A stretch of DNA of 64,000 bases. It comes from Negaprion brevirostris (taxonomy: Eukaryota). Location of the stretch: positions 73,338,803-73,402,802 of the forward strand of contig JARDVH010000025.1 in NCBI GenBank assembly GCA_030324005.1, given 5' to 3'. Positions within the stretch are counted from its first letter, which is position 1. The number at the start of each line of letters is the position of its first letter. The notes beneath the pieces were generated by a model. It searched no databases. It was not told where the DNA came from and saw nothing but the letters and a program-made list of their open reading frames with translations. Of this stretch, positions 1 to 12,956 are shown one piece after another. A program made the position numbers and the translations under genes.

Positions 1-194
1 GAAATGCCATTCTTCTCATTACTTTCAATGCCTGGACAGGTAGCTATAGAACAAAATAAACCTGGAATACATAAGAAATCATCATGGGCTTGCCACTGTA
101 TTAACCAGGCCACACTTAGTTTAACTGAGCAGAGTACTCTAAGTAAAAAACATAAGCTTTGGGAGGATATGGTAAAGAAGAACAATAGAGCCAT

Positions 195-285
195 TGTAGC
201 TCTCCCCACGAATGCTGTCAGATCTGCTGAGATTTTTCAGCATTTTATGTTTCAGATCCTAGCATCTGCAGTGTTTTGCTTCTAT
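195..285 (+). mobile_element. Penelope-like element terminal repeat (pLTR) fragment
   Basis: ATGCTGTCAGATCTGCTGAGATTTTTCAGCATTTT...CAGATCCTAGCATCTGCAGTGTTTTGCTT matches the terminal repeat flanking the GIY-YIG relic at 2660-2805. Confidence 0.7.
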
Positions 286-304
286 CTTATGACTTGTGCA
301 TGAA

Positions 305-760
305 TTGGATTATAGTGAGGGAGAACTGTGCATTGTTGGCCTCACTTTCTCATGTTGAGCTACCTTGGTCACAGGACCAGCCTAAACACCAAGATGTAGA
401 TCCTGATGGAATGATAATCAGGATGCCTTGTGTGTCTTGTCGAAGTCTATGCATGTACCCTCCAAGACTAGTGGTCTCATCCACCAGTTTCCCAGAATCA
501 GTCTACACATGCCAGGATAGACAGATCCCTTAGTTGTTGTGGACAAGAGACCTCACCTGGTTTGGCCCATCTGTTGAATTGCTTACTTGTGTGTGGCCAC
601 TATCATATGCTAACAACTACCTGGAGCCACAGTGAGCACTGCGTGAAGTTGAGGGCCAATCTACGATGAGCAATTCTGCCTGTCAGAGCTGCTACCCCTT
701 CCCTGCATGTTCAATGAAGTAGGCAGTCAAGGAGGAGATCTCCTTGAGGAACACTAGTTC
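305..760 (-). mobile_element. RTE-clade LINE 3' relic
   Basis: The reverse complement resembles the 3' part of the RTE relic at 17180-18070; heavily degenerate. Confidence 0.5.
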
Positions 761-1664
761 AAATTATGCCAGGTGATCAGGCTACTAACTTTAAGCTAGT
801 GAAAATTAAGTTTAAAATCAATTTCAAGAATCTTTTTATTGATGGAGTGAAAGATCATTCAACAACCTGCCATATTGAGTTTTATATAGAAATTATATAT
901 ATAAGCCTGTATTGTCTCACTTGTGAAGCTTTGATTGTTGCTTCTTTGATTTTAGTATCTCATCAGTTCATCATAGTTGCTCTTATTGTTTTAAGGAAAG
1001 GTACATTATTTTCTAAATAAAGTGGGTGACTTGAAGCCTGTAATCATTGAGTTTTTGCAAAGCCAGAATTGAACAGAACTTGTTTGCTGTGTAGTTGTGT
1101 TATTGTTCCTTATTTTGCATGTGCATTTGTTTCAAATATCGTGCACTCTAATTTTATACCAAACTGGTTCAATCAGCCTCACTTCAATTAGTTGCCCTGT
1201 ATCCGAACAAATATTCCAGAAATTTTAGAGATAATCGCACTTTCACCCATCCCAAATTTGACATGACTGGCTGGAACACAGGAATTGTTAGACACAAAAA
1301 AAAAGCATGTGTCTACCTAGTTCACCTTCCTGCTGGTCACATTATAGAATGGTAATGGAATGGTTGCCTAATCATGGCAGCCAATCTCTATCAGTCTAAA
1401 ACAGACACAGATGTAGTACAAGAAAATCCCAGTTTTGGAGAGCTTTGCAAGCCCAAAGCTTAAAGTTAGCTTCCTCCCGAGAATAGTAGATCAAACACAT
1501 GCCAATCTTAACTGGTTCTAGCACCTCCTTAGGGAGTCCAATCCTTAAAGTAGTCCTCACCCATATGGTAAAATATTAGTTCTGCAGATGACTTGTGAAT
1601 TTACCCTTTTAAAAGCACATACTGTGTTCCTTGGTTGTAATGATTTGGGCAAGGTGAAATAGTC

Positions 1665-2810
1665 ATTAAAAACAGAAAATTTTGCATTAATTCAGCAGGT
1701 CTGGGGACATCTGTGGAACGAGAAACAGTGCTAACATTTTGGGTCTACATGACCATTCTTCAGAACTGAAGAAGGATACAAATATAATTAAATTATAAAC
1801 AGACATGTGATGCCACATTTGAAAGCAATGCTTCTGTAATTTCTGCCTTCTCCCTCAACTGAGACCTCCCCGCACTAAGGTTGACCGAGCATCCCTCCTT
1901 GACACCCTGGTCTTCTACTCCATAATTTCCAACCCTTCATTCCTTTCCCGTTGCACCACCTTGTGCAACTGCAGAAGGTAGAACATCTGCCCCTTTATCT
2001 CCTCCCTCCTCAAGACCCAAACACTCCTTTCAGATGAAGCAGCATTGCATTTGCACTTCCGAAGTGGTCCATTGTATTTGCTGCTCCTAATGTGGTCTCT
2101 GCTACATTGGCGATACTAAATGCAGACTGAGTGACTGCTTTGCAGAACACCTTCATTCCATCTGCAAGAATGACCCCAGTCTTCTGGTCATTTGCAATTT
2201 CAACTCATCACCTTGCTCACATGTCTGTCCTTGGCCTGCTGCAATGCTTCAATGATGCCCAACACAAACAGGAGGAACAATACCTCATCTTCCAATTAGG
2301 CATGTATTGAACTCAACATTGCATTCAACAACTTCAGACTGTGAACTTTTCTCTCCATCTTGGCCCCCTTTTTGTCTTTTGTTTCCACAGTTTGCCCTAA
2401 TACAGCCCTCTCCCTCCACCACAGGGACTTCTGTCACTTGTTTTGCTTTCCCTGAACAATTATCTTTGTTCCATTAACACATTCTGCAATCCTGCTTTCT
2501 GCCACTATTAACACTTCTTCAGTCCTTAATGCCACCATTAACATTTCCTTTGTCTTGTACCCATGACATGTTTGCAAACCTTTCCTTAGCTTCAACCTAT
2601 CCCTGACCTTTCTGCCCCATCTACCCCACCAACTCTCCAACTGTATATGATTTCTGTCCCTCTTCAGTTTTGAAGAAGATTCATATGGATACAAAAACAT
2701 TAACTCTGTTTCTCTCTTGAAAGATGCTGCCAGACCTGCTGAGTTTATCCAACATTTTCTATTTTTGTTTCAGATTTCCAGCAGCTGCAATATTTTGCTT
2801 CTATTGTAAA
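1665..2810 (+). mobile_element. Penelope-like retroelement relic (GIY-YIG endonuclease region) with inverted terminal repeats
   Basis: 1960-2340 translates, with stops and frameshifts, as CNCRR..CPF..PKHSFQMKQ..CTS..VVHCICCS*CGLCYIGDTKCRLSDCFAEHLHSI..MSVLGLLQC..EEQYLIFQLG..LNIAFNNFR, the PLE Zn-finger/GIY-YIG domain. 1668-1775 and 2660-2805 are inverted copies of the pLTR. Confidence 0.9.
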
Positions 2811-3387
2811 GGTGAAATAGTTTGTCACAGTCTACATTATCATGTCCTCTTAGAATCCTAAAAACAGCAACTATATTGTTCTCAGTGAGAGTATGGTCAA
2901 TTTACATAATCCTCCTCGTACCAATCTCTTGATTCTCATCATCGTTTTGATTGCTGTCTTCTGTATTCTTTGTGTTGCTGTTCCATTTGTACTGCAGTTG
3001 CTGGAACGGGACACAGTATTCTTGATTACACTGATGATTTGTAAAGCGACAGCTTTTTTGTTAATTCAGTTTCATTTTGTTCTTTTTAACATATCCCAAC
3101 AATTCATTTGTTCTCCTCACTGCCATCCAACATTGTTGTGATAATTTCAACTTATTGTCATAGCAGAACCCCAGATCTCCTTAACTTTCTATTCAAATTT
3201 TTTTCACTGCAGTATGTATAATTCTTCCTTGTTGTGTTCTTTGATATTAAACTATGTTTCTCTTCTTTCTTGAGTGGACTAACCCTGGGTCAGGAAAATT
3301 GGTCATCAGCAACTGGACCTTTCCATTCTGAAACAAGCTGTGAGCTTGAGAGTGGCATAAACTGGCTTCATAATCCTTTACAGTGCA

Positions 3388-3770
3388 GATGGCACAGTGG
3401 TTAGCATTGCTGCCTCACAGTATCAGGGACCCAGATTTGATTCTGATCTTGGGTGACTGTGCAGAGTTTGCACATTCTCCCTGTGTGTACATGGGTTTCT
3501 TCTGGATGCTCCAGTTTCTTCCCACTGTCCAAAGATATGCAGGTTAGGTGGATTGACCGTGGNNNNNNNNNNNNNNNNNNNNNNNNNNNNNNNNNNNNNN
3601 NNNNNNNNNNNNNNNNNNNNNNNNNNNNNNNNNNNNNNNNNNNNNNNNNNNNNNNNNNNNNNTGCATGGGTTTAAGGGAATTGGAAGGGGTTGGATGCTC
3701 TTTTGGATAGTCGGTGCAGACACGATAGGCCAAATGGTCTCCTCCTTCACTGTAGGGAATCTATGATTCT
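3388..3770 (+). mobile_element. HE1-type tRNA-derived V-SINE (100-nt N-run inside)
   Basis: tRNA-like head GGCACAGTGGTTAGCATTGCTGCCTCACAG, V-domain GGGTTTCTTCTGGATGCTCCAGTTTCTTCCCACTGTCCAAAGAT, tail ..CACTGTAGGGAATCTATGATTCTA. Confidence 0.9.
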
Positions 3771-3966
3771 AGTAATCTCGCAGATCCAAATCCACATCCT
3801 GTTATAATGTGGGGATCCTCCATTCACTGTGTTGGTTATTTGGCAGAGTTATATTGCTTATTTATGCTATTTAATGTCAACATTGAAATATGTTGCACGA
3901 AGTAGTAGCTCTCTTACTTTGTTTATATTTGATACTATGAAACTAGACGCTATATATAAAGTAAGG

Positions 3967-4240
3967 TTTATTTATTAGTTACAAGTAAAGCTTACATTAA
4001 CACTGCAATGAAATTAGTGTGAAATTTCCCTAGTTGCCAGAATTCGGCGTCTGCTTGGGTCAATGCACCTAACCAGCACGTCTTTCAGAACGTGGGAGAA
4101 AATCAGACTACTTGGAGGAAACCCACGCAGACACAGGGAGAATGCGCAAACTCCACACACAGTGACCCAAGCCAGGAGTCAAACTGGGTCCCTGGTGCTG
4201 TGAAGCAGCAGTGCTAACCACTGTGCTACCATGCCGCCCC
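3967..4240 (-). mobile_element. V-SINE with a second tail type, flanked by a TAAGG target-site duplication
   Basis: Reverse-complement tRNA head at 4170-4240, V-domain, tail TTATTAGTTACAAGTAAAGCTTACATTAACACTGCAATGAA; TAAGG at 3962-3966 and 4241-4245. Confidence 0.9.
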
Positions 4241-4244
4241 TAAG

Positions 4245-5660
4245 GAGGAACCAGATATAGTAGAATTCACTGAAACAAGACTACATAACAGGACTGGCAA
4301 CAAAATATTGTGGGTTATAAGATAATCAGAATGGATCAGGAAAAAAGTAGATTAGTAGTACGAATCGGAGTTAGCATAAAGGCAGTTGGAAAAACTGACA
4401 AAAAAAAAGTTAGAAACAGAATCCATACGGATTGAAAAAAATAAGAAGGGATTGATCTTGCAAATTGGGATAGTGAAAAGAGGATAGACAAAGAAATATG
4501 TAAGTGAATACGTAAAGTGAGTAAACATAGATTAATGATCATGGGAGGTTTTAACTATGACAAATCAACTGACAAGAACAGGTACAGAAGACTTTAGCAT
4601 TCTCAGTCCACGTAAGCAGCACGTATTTTGGACTGTGGGAAGAAACCAGAGCACCTGGAGGAAACCCATGCAGACACACGTAGAATGTGCAGACTCCGCA
4701 CAAACAGTGACCCAAGCTGGGAATTGAACCAGGTCCCTGGTGCTGCAAGGCAGCAGTGCTAACCACTGTGCCACCATGCTACCCAAAGAGACAAAGAAAA
4801 AAAGTCAAATGAAAAAGACATATTCTTTAAGATTTTTAAAATTCATTCTTGGGATCTGGGCATTGCTGGCTAGGTCAGCATTTATTACCCATGAGAAGGT
4901 GGTAGTTAGCTACCATCCCGAACAACTGCAGTTCATATGGTGTCGGTATATCCAGAGTGCTGTTTGGGAGGGAGATTCAAATATGCAAACAATAAAGAAA
5001 TGAATGACATAAGGTTAAGAAATAATTAAAAACAAAGCATGGTAAAAAAAAATGACAAAGCAAATAATCAAGGATTATAAAAATATAGAGCAAAGTACGA
5101 TACAGACACAAATAACAAAATGAAAATCAGGAGAGGACTCTCAAGGATCTACATGGTAAATTCATAGGTCATGACAGAAATATTAAATAATTACTTTGCC
5201 TCAGTATTTACCAGGGGATTAATATGGTGGACATAATATTAGAGAAGAGATCAAAAAAGATTTAAAGACATTTGAGATGGCAAGGAACAGGGGGAAATAA
5301 AGCAATCAAATTTAGAACGAATAAATGCCTGGTTGAGATGGATTTCATCCACTCAGATTAAATAAGTTAGAGAGTGGAAGCAGTACTACAGTTATACAAA
5401 AAAAAATTAGTAAAGGGAATGGGCAGACAGATATTGAGATTTCTTTATATAATAAGGGAGTTGGAACCAGTCCAGGGAACTATAGGCCAAGCAGTTTAAC
5501 ATTGGAGACAGTAAAAGTTAATGGAATCCTTAATTAAGGATGTAATAGAAAAAGATCTATGGTTCTAACATCCAGAAACTGAAAATATAATAATCAGCAG
5601 AGATTCCAAGAGAAAATGTCATGATTGCTTCATTCTTATTTAATTCTTTGAAGTAACAGC
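4245..5660 (+). mobile_element. Old CR1 LINE ORF2 relic (endonuclease plus start of RT), interrupted by younger repeats
   Basis: Degenerate motifs EEPDIV..TET, IMGGFNY, YFASVFT and PGNYRPSSLT in CR1 ORF2 order. Confidence 0.75.
4614..4783 (-). mobile_element. Partial V-SINE
   Basis: Highly similar to 4070-4240 (GGAGGAAACCCATGCAGACAC...GCAGTGCTAACCACTGTGCCACC). Confidence 0.88.
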
Positions 5661-5749
5661 AAGTTATTTGTTTTGGCTTAAATTCTATCTAAACAGTCTT
5701 ATAAATCTCCTTGGGACCTTTTACTATGTTAAATAAGTTATTTAAATGC

Positions 5750-5935
5750 AAATAAAAGCAAACTACTGTGGATGTTGGAAATCTGAACTAAAAACAGAAA
5801 ATGTTGGATAAACTCAGTGGGTCTGGCAGCATCTGTGGAGAGAGAAGCAGAGTTAGTGCTTTGAGTGCATATGACTTTTTTTCAGAATTGAGTTCTGTAA
5901 AAGTCATGTTGGATTTCGAATATCAACTTTGTTTT
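5750..5935. mobile_element. Two Penelope pLTR ends fused as a palindrome
   Basis: A minus-orientation pLTR runs directly into the plus-orientation start: ATGACTTTTTTTCAGAA TTGAG TTCTGTAAAAGTCAT. Confidence 0.75.
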
Positions 5936-6107
5936 TGAAAATCACTATTTTCAAAATTCATTCATTGGATGAGAATGTCACTGACCAAGACCAGTACTTG
6001 TTACTTATCCATAATAGCTGTTGAGAAGGTGCTGGTGAGCTGCTTTATTGAACTGCTGCCATCTACACCATCTGGTGTAGATGCACACAGTGCTGTTAGC
6101 AAGGGAA

Positions 6108-6282
6108 TTAGAATAGAATAGAACCCTACAGTGCAGAAGGAGGCCCTTAAGCCCATCAAGTCTACACCGAACACAATCCCACCCAGGCCCTACTCCCATA
6201 TCCCTTACATATTATACCCACTAATCCCTCTAACCTACGCATCCCTGGACACGAAGGGGCAATTTCTTAGCATGGCCAATCA
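6108..6282 (-). mobile_element. HE1-type SINE, 3' half
   Basis: (TAGAA)n tail then CCCTACAGTGCAGAAGGAGGCC...GGGGCAATTTCTTAGCATGGCCAATC; matches 8940-9120. Confidence 0.85.
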
Positions 6283-6285
6283 NNN

Positions 6286-6505
6286 GAATTCTCTGCCTGT
6301 TGAAGTGGTGGAAGCTGCCTCGCTAAATATATTTAAGACACGGGTTAATCGGTTTTTGTTAGGCAAGGGGGTTAAGGGTTATGGGGAGAGGGCGGGAATG
6401 TGGAACTGAGACACGACAGATCAGCCATGGTCTTGTTGAATGGCGGGACAGGCTCGAGGGGCTAGATGGCCTACTCCTGCTCCTATTTCTTATGTTTTTA
6501 TGAGA
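6286..6505 (+). mobile_element. CR1 LINE 3' end
   Basis: NSLPVEVVEAASLNIFKTRVNRFL ORF2 C-terminus followed by 3' UTR GATCAGCCATG..TGAATGGCGG..GGCTCGAGGGGC..CCTACTCCTGCTCCTATTTCTTATG. Confidence 0.9.
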
Positions 6506-8409
6506 TGATTGGTCTCCAAAAAACTACCACCATTTACCTTTGTGCTAGGTATGACCCCAAACGGTGGAGTGTGTTTCTCCTGATTGTTGTTGACTCCAGT
6601 TTTGCTATGTCTCCTTGCTACTCATACTTAGTCAAATGCTACCTTGATGTCAAGGACATCACTCTGACCTCGCCTCTTGAGTTCAGCTCTTCTGACCATG
6701 TTTGGATGTTGTAAAAAGATAAGGAACAAATTTTTCCCATTGAGGTTCATTGGTCTGTGGAATTTTCTTCACCAGACAACAGTGGAGGCAAGGCCATTTA
6801 ATACTGTTGAGGCTGAATTATGTTCTTGATTGACAAGTGAGTCAAAGGGCATGGGAGTTTATTTAGTTCATTTTTGGGACATGGACCTCGCTGGCTGACC
6901 AGCATTTATTATCCATCCCTAGTTACCCTTAAGAAGATGGTGGTGAGCTGTCTAGGCCCGGAAGTAGAAGGAAAGTAGAGTCGGAGCCACATCAGTTTTG
7001 TTGGAGCAGATTTGAGAGGCCGAATGGCATGATCCAGCTTTCATTTGTATGATTGTACTTAGGCTATAATCAGATCAGGAGCCAATTGGACCTGACTGAA
7101 CCCAAACTGGGGAGGTTATTGTTGAATAAGTGGCACTTGATCGCACTGCTGCTGACACCTTCCAGCTGGTGATTGAGAGTAAACCAATTGGGCAGTAATT
7201 GACTGTATTATATTTGTCCTTTTTTTTGGACTGGGCATATCTGGCAATTTTCTACATTGTCGCAAAGATAATATATTTGTATCTCTACCTGAACAGCTTT
7301 TCTAGAAGTGGGGCTCGTTGTGAAGCACAAGTCTTCAATACTACAGCTGGGATGTTGGGCATTAATTTGTGCTGTTGTTGGTAGCAAGCTTGGAGGCAGG
7401 AAGAGAATGTATTTAGGCGCAATGGTGGCATACCAGAACCCTATCATCATCTTCCTTGCCAGAATTAAGTTCTGGTTGAGAAGACCTTGGGTCTGTCCTG
7501 CCAGTTGGGTAGGGCATACCTATGGATGGTACGGTGATGGAGTTGTTGGGGACACTGGCTGTAAGGTATGATTTGGTGAGTATATGTTTGACTGTTGTTC
7601 GACTAATCTGTGGGAAAGCTTTTACAATTTGAGTGCAACTCCACAAATGTTAGTAAGGAGGATATGCAGGGTCAACTGGACACTGTTTCATTGTTATTTC
7701 CATTGTCTTGGTCCATGCCAGGTGGTCTGTATGGTTTTATTCCTTTTGTTTTTTCTGTAGTGATTTGGTACAATTGAGTGATTTGCTAGGCCATTTCAAC
7801 GGGTCAAATGAAATTGCAATGGATCTGGAGTCACATATAGGCCATAATAGATAAGTACAGTAGATTCTGTTCTCAAAGCTGTATTGATGCACATGCTCTT
7901 TGACACCATCACTGCACCACCCCCCCCATGCCTCTTTTCTCTGCCCAATCAAAAAAGAGCCTTCATTTTCTGTGAACTTTAGACAGCGGTTGCTACTTTG
8001 AGGTGTAGCTGCTCTTATGTGGCATCAACTGGAGCATGTGAGGCTGCCAATGTTTACTGGTGGTGTGGGGAGGATTTGGTGAAGAAAAGAACGGGAAGAT
8101 GAGGGGAATCCAACAAATATGTTATCCTGGTTGGAGGGATTGGGGAGGGGAAGATTTGACAGTTAGGGATGGATGATTGGTGATGGTCGTGGCAAGGTTA
8201 TGGAGCAGTGAGGCCTTATGGAGAAAATGAAAAACAGCAGAAGGTAAGGGGAACCTAACAATCATCAATCAGGATTGCAGCATAACCAGCATGTTTTTAC
8301 CTGAATTAGTTCAACGCTTCTATTAAAATCTCTCCACCATCCCCACTTAAAATTCTTCCCTTGTACTTCAACAGCACATTTGCTTGATTACCTTCCCCCA
8401 TTTTTCTCA

Positions 8410-8940
8410 CCTCATCCTACTTCCAAAACTACCTTTCCATTTCCTTTTTGCTTTCAGGGAGGACTGTTTTTTCTCTCTGACACCTAAGTATACTCTTTTA
8501 CCGGCTTTGCCAATTAGGCAATGGAATGCAGCATAAAAGAAATTCTGAACACTTTCCTGTGATATCACTAAAAATTTAAACTTTTCGCCCACCTACCTAT
8601 ATCCACACAACATAACGCAGGACCTGGAACATTTATCTATGGAACAGCAATTAACATAAACTTCTTCCAATCTGGTCTGTTGTATTTGTCATTCGTGGAG
8701 CGATCTCCTTTATGGTAAGAGGAACAAATATGGATTAGGTGATTGCTCTGCACACCACTTGCATTTTATCTGCAAGGATACCCACTTGACCAACTCCATC
8801 CTGTTCCCACTTTACATTTTGACTCTCCCATAAAGCTTAATATAAGCTCCAGAGAAATTATGGCTGATTATAACCAGCGCACCTGCTGACTCTGCAAAGG
8901 TTGCTTGAGATTCAAGCCAGATGAGGCTGAGGCTGTATTT
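8410..8940 (+). mobile_element. Older Penelope GIY-YIG relic
   Basis: AFREDC.. and TSSNLVCCICHSWSDLLYG..GLGDCSAHHLHFICK parallel the domain at 1960-2340. Confidence 0.7.
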
Positions 8941-9185
8941 AGAACCATAGAAAACCACAGAAACTCTGCAGTGCAGAAAAAGGCCATGGCCCATCAAGTC
9001 TGTACCAACCACAATCCCACCCAGCCCTAACCCCATATCCCTACATATTTTACCCACTAATTCCTCTAACCTATGCATCTCAGGACACTAAGGGGCAATT
9101 TTTAGCATAGCCAGTCAACGTAACCTGCACATCTTTGGACTGTGGGAGGAAACCGGAGCACTGGAGGAAACCCACGCAGATGCAT
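8940..9185 (-). mobile_element. HE1-type V-SINE, 5'-truncated
   Basis: Reverse complement of tail plus V-domain (TTTGGACTGTGGGAGGAAACCGGAGCACTGGAGGAAACCCACGCAGA). Confidence 0.88.
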
Positions 9186-10429
9186 GTCACCAACTGGACA
9201 ATCTGTTGCAGTTTGCCAGTGATGGGAAGCTCGATGATTCTGCCGGTTCCCATAATGAGCCAGCTGACCATTGGAGCCTGAGGAGGTTGGTGAGATGTGA
9301 AGGAGTGACACTGTTGTGAGGGTGGCTTCAAATGGGCTGGCCCTATACTGTAGCTTTCATGTTGGCTCAGGGAGACCTACAGATGCGACGAAAATAATTA
9401 AGCATTTCCTTGACCTTATTTTACATTGTCTTCAGCAATTCCTTTAAGGATAACAGGGTGGGCTTCTCACTACCTAGTACAACTGGGGGAAGTTTAAATC
9501 TGCATTGGTATCTCTTTTTCCTGGACTCTCCACAGTCTCTGGTCTGAGNNNNNNNNNNTGGTCTGAGCAATGACTTTAAGAACTCAAAGCTTTTATTTGC
9601 ATCCTCCACTACATTTGCAACAGTGAAGCTGTGGATGTGATTTTGTGTGTGCTGCAGATGATTGATATTTGGGATAGAAACTCTTCATAGCATTTTGTGC
9701 TGATGGGAATGCTCCATTATTGGTGTTGTCCTGTTTTTCCCTTTGTTTTTGGAACCTGCAAACCTGTTTATTTCTGGTTAATGTTTTCAGTTTTAATTTA
9801 TGGCATGAGTTAGTTTTTTGTTTTATTGTACTTTCCTTGTGTGGGCCTCAGTATTTTCTTTCAGATTGCTTTCCATTATCTGGTTCAGATAAACTATTAC
9901 ATCGTTTAAGTCATTCCACCATGTTTGTCTCTCTCTCCACTTCTTCGTACTGATTCTAATTAAATGATTGTTTATCTTTCATTTTCTAGTTTTGAAAGTC
10001 CCAGCCCAATTCACTGATCTCTTATCTTTTGGCATATGATAACTGACCCGCTTGCTTTTCCATTAGTTTCTGTTTTTATTTGTCATTAATATCATTCAAA
10101 AGGCTTGATTATGTTTTCTTTTCCTGAATAGAGTTTCTATTACCTCTGAAAGATCAGCACACAGGTAATTCAAACCAGCACACAAAGGAGTGCAAGAATA
10201 CAGAGAAATTTGATTGACATCTTCAATGGAATCTTTCACTTGAAAAACTCCTTTGTTTAACAGTTGGAAAGGTTGTTCATCTTGTCAAAATGTAGACATA
10301 TTATGCAGCATTTGGTGGCCTTCCATTTTCAAACATGAATGTACAGGTGCAGTGTCTCAAATCTGGCTATCCAAAAAGCAGAATTGTCCAGTTTTATAAG
10401 CTGCTACACATCAATTTTAATTGTTGTTA

Positions 10430-10910
10430 AATGAGGGTGCAGGGGTCTGGATGTATATGTGCGTAAGTCATTGAAGATGGCAGGGCAGGTTCTGAGAGTA
10501 CTTAGTCAAGTATACAGTATCATCGACTTAGAAGATAATGTTAAACTTGTTTAGGACGCTGGTTTGTCCTCAGCTCAAGTATTGCATTCAGTTCCAGGCA
10601 CTGCACTTTAGGGAGGATGTGAGGGATTGGACAGAGTGCAGTAAAGATTCATGAGAATGGTTTTAGGACTGAGGAATTCAGTTATGAAGATTTATTGGAA
10701 AAGTTAGGACTGTTTACCTTGAAGAAAGGAAAGCTGAGAGGAAATTTAATAGAGGAATTCGAAATCACGAGGGGTCTGGGCAGAATAGATGGGGAGAAGC
10801 TGTTTCAGTTTGTCAAAGGGTGGAGAATGAGAGCAGAGATTTGAAGTAATTTGCAAAAGCAAAATGAGAAAAAGCTTTTTTACACAATGAGTGGTTAATG
10901 TTTGGAATGC

Positions 10911-10947
<37 letters not shown>

Positions 10948-11130
10948 TGGTGGAGACAGATTCGATCGAGGCATTCAGAAAGAAATTAGACACTTAGCTG
11001 AAAAGGAAGAATGTGCAGGGTTATGGGGAGAAGACAAGAGAATGTCACTAAGAGAATTGCTCATTTGGGAAGCTGGTGCAGACACGATGGACCAAATGGT
11101 TTCCTCCTGCATTGTAATGGTTCAGTGATT
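10430..11130 (+). mobile_element. CR1 LINE 3' portion
   Basis: Degenerate LFRTLVCPQLKYCIQF, VQ*RFMRMV, LGLFTLKK and WNAL motifs plus a CR1-type 3' UTR. Confidence 0.8.
10913..10946. repeat. (TG)17 microsatellite
   Basis: Read directly from the sequence. Confidence 0.98.
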
Positions 11131-12956
11131 CTGTTGTGTGTAAAATAACTTAGTGGGACCATTCAGAGAGATGCTGCAATAGGTATGGTATATACTGGAC
11201 TGGTTATCAGCTTCCCGCTTCAGTCTTTTCCCATACTGCAAGTGGTCTGAGAGACCTTATGCCACTTGACACTGCTTGGCCCAATCTGCCAGTGAGATCC
11301 ACTCCATGAACTGTGCTTGAAATTCTTTAAAATAGCTGAGGGGTTGTACTGCCACACATACAGAAGGCTGCAGTTCTCTGGTACCTTCACGAGCACGACC
11401 ATGTTTTGAACCCAGCACAGCCCATGAGTCAGCTTTAAACATTTTACCTTTTTTTTAACAGATGTGGTTTCTTCAGTATTTTGTAGTTTTTTCATTCAGA
11501 AACTTGCTTGATTTCACGGGTGTCCTATTAATTGAATGAAGATTCCAATGTTGTTTTCCATATAAACCTACGAAGTCCAAAATGTGGCATAGACTCAGTC
11601 CTGTGGTTGTAAGTTTTAAGACACTGAATCTATAGAGGTAAAGGCTTCGGAACCATTAAATGATAGGAATAGTAGCTGATAGCCACTGGTCTGCAGTTCA
11701 AAAATATGTTTGATATCATGATCTAAATTTATTTTTAATCTCTGTACTTTGTCTTCTGACAGTTGGTTAAAGCTCTGTGAAGATCAACATAATGCTCATG
11801 ACTCGCAGCCAGAAGGTACCTTAACACAGGTTCCAAAATGGCTATAGTTGCCTGTGGAATGCTCTAAGGTGAGCATGTAAGGCATGGACTGTGACCAGAA
11901 TTTATTTAGCCACTTTCTAGTGCCGCAGCATTGAAATCCCAACATAAGCAGTGAGGAAAGATAGTAATCACGTTGAACAATCCGAACTATTCCCTCCATC
12001 CAACTGCTACTTACTGTCTTGCCATGATAACAGATCTTCAGATTCCCTTGTCCATCTACTCCCTTCACCCTGTCTCAACAGGTTTTACATATATGACCAC
12101 TGCTTGTCAGTCAGGCTAAATAATGTGATATCCTTTATATGTATACCATTGTGACAATACATTGTTCATTGCGCAGTTCTACTGATTTTTGCAAACTGTC
12201 ATCTCTATCATGCCTGAACTATTAAACGTATACCCACTAATTCTAGTTTAAAACATCCTGTAGCTGAACCATTAGCCATGGTTCAGCCTTATTGAATTCT
12301 GTTGCAGGTCACATGCGCTCATATGTGTTCAGAGAAAACTATCGTAAAAAAATTTCGTCTTTGTGATTTGAATATGGCCAAAGTTCCAATGGACAAGTGG
12401 GAGAACACTGGTGGAGGTCACTATCTGTATGAATTAGTTTTATGTGTCAGTTTTTTTCCCACTATAAACACTCAGATCCAAATTTGTAGAACTTAATAAT
12501 GGGATTTGCTAAGTAAGGGGAAAGAGGAGGGGAACTGAATAAATTGGATACATCTTTCAAAGAGTCAGCACAGGCTCGTTGAGCTGATTGGCTCCTGTGC
12601 CGCCTCAATCTATGATTTATATGGAAACTGCTTATAACCAAGCCATAATTATATCNNNNNNNNNNNNNNNNNNNNNNNNNNNNNNNNNNNNNNNNNNNNN
12701 NNNNNNNNNNNNNNNNNNNNNNNNNNNNNNNNNNNNNNNNNNNNNNNNNNNNNNNNNNNNNNNNNNNNNNNNNNNNNNNNNNNNNNNNNNNNNNNNNNNN
12801 NNNNNNNNNNNNNNNNNNNNNNNNNNNNNNNNNNNNNNNNNNNNNNNNNNNNNNNNNNNNNNNNNNNNNNNNNNNNNNNNNNNNNNNNNNNNNNNNNNNN
12901 NNNNNNNNNNNNNNNNNNNNNNNNNNNNNNNNNNNNNNNNNNNNNNNNNNNNNNNN

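Larger units (their letters stand above)
5955..7740 (-). mobile_element. CR1/L2-group LINE relic carrying nested SINE and CR1 insertions
   Basis: Reverse-complement 3' end (TTCATTCATTGGATG...GAGAAGGTGCTGGTGAGCTGC) and coding remnants at 6530-6715 and 7050-7740; same family as 60340-61030. Confidence 0.65.
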
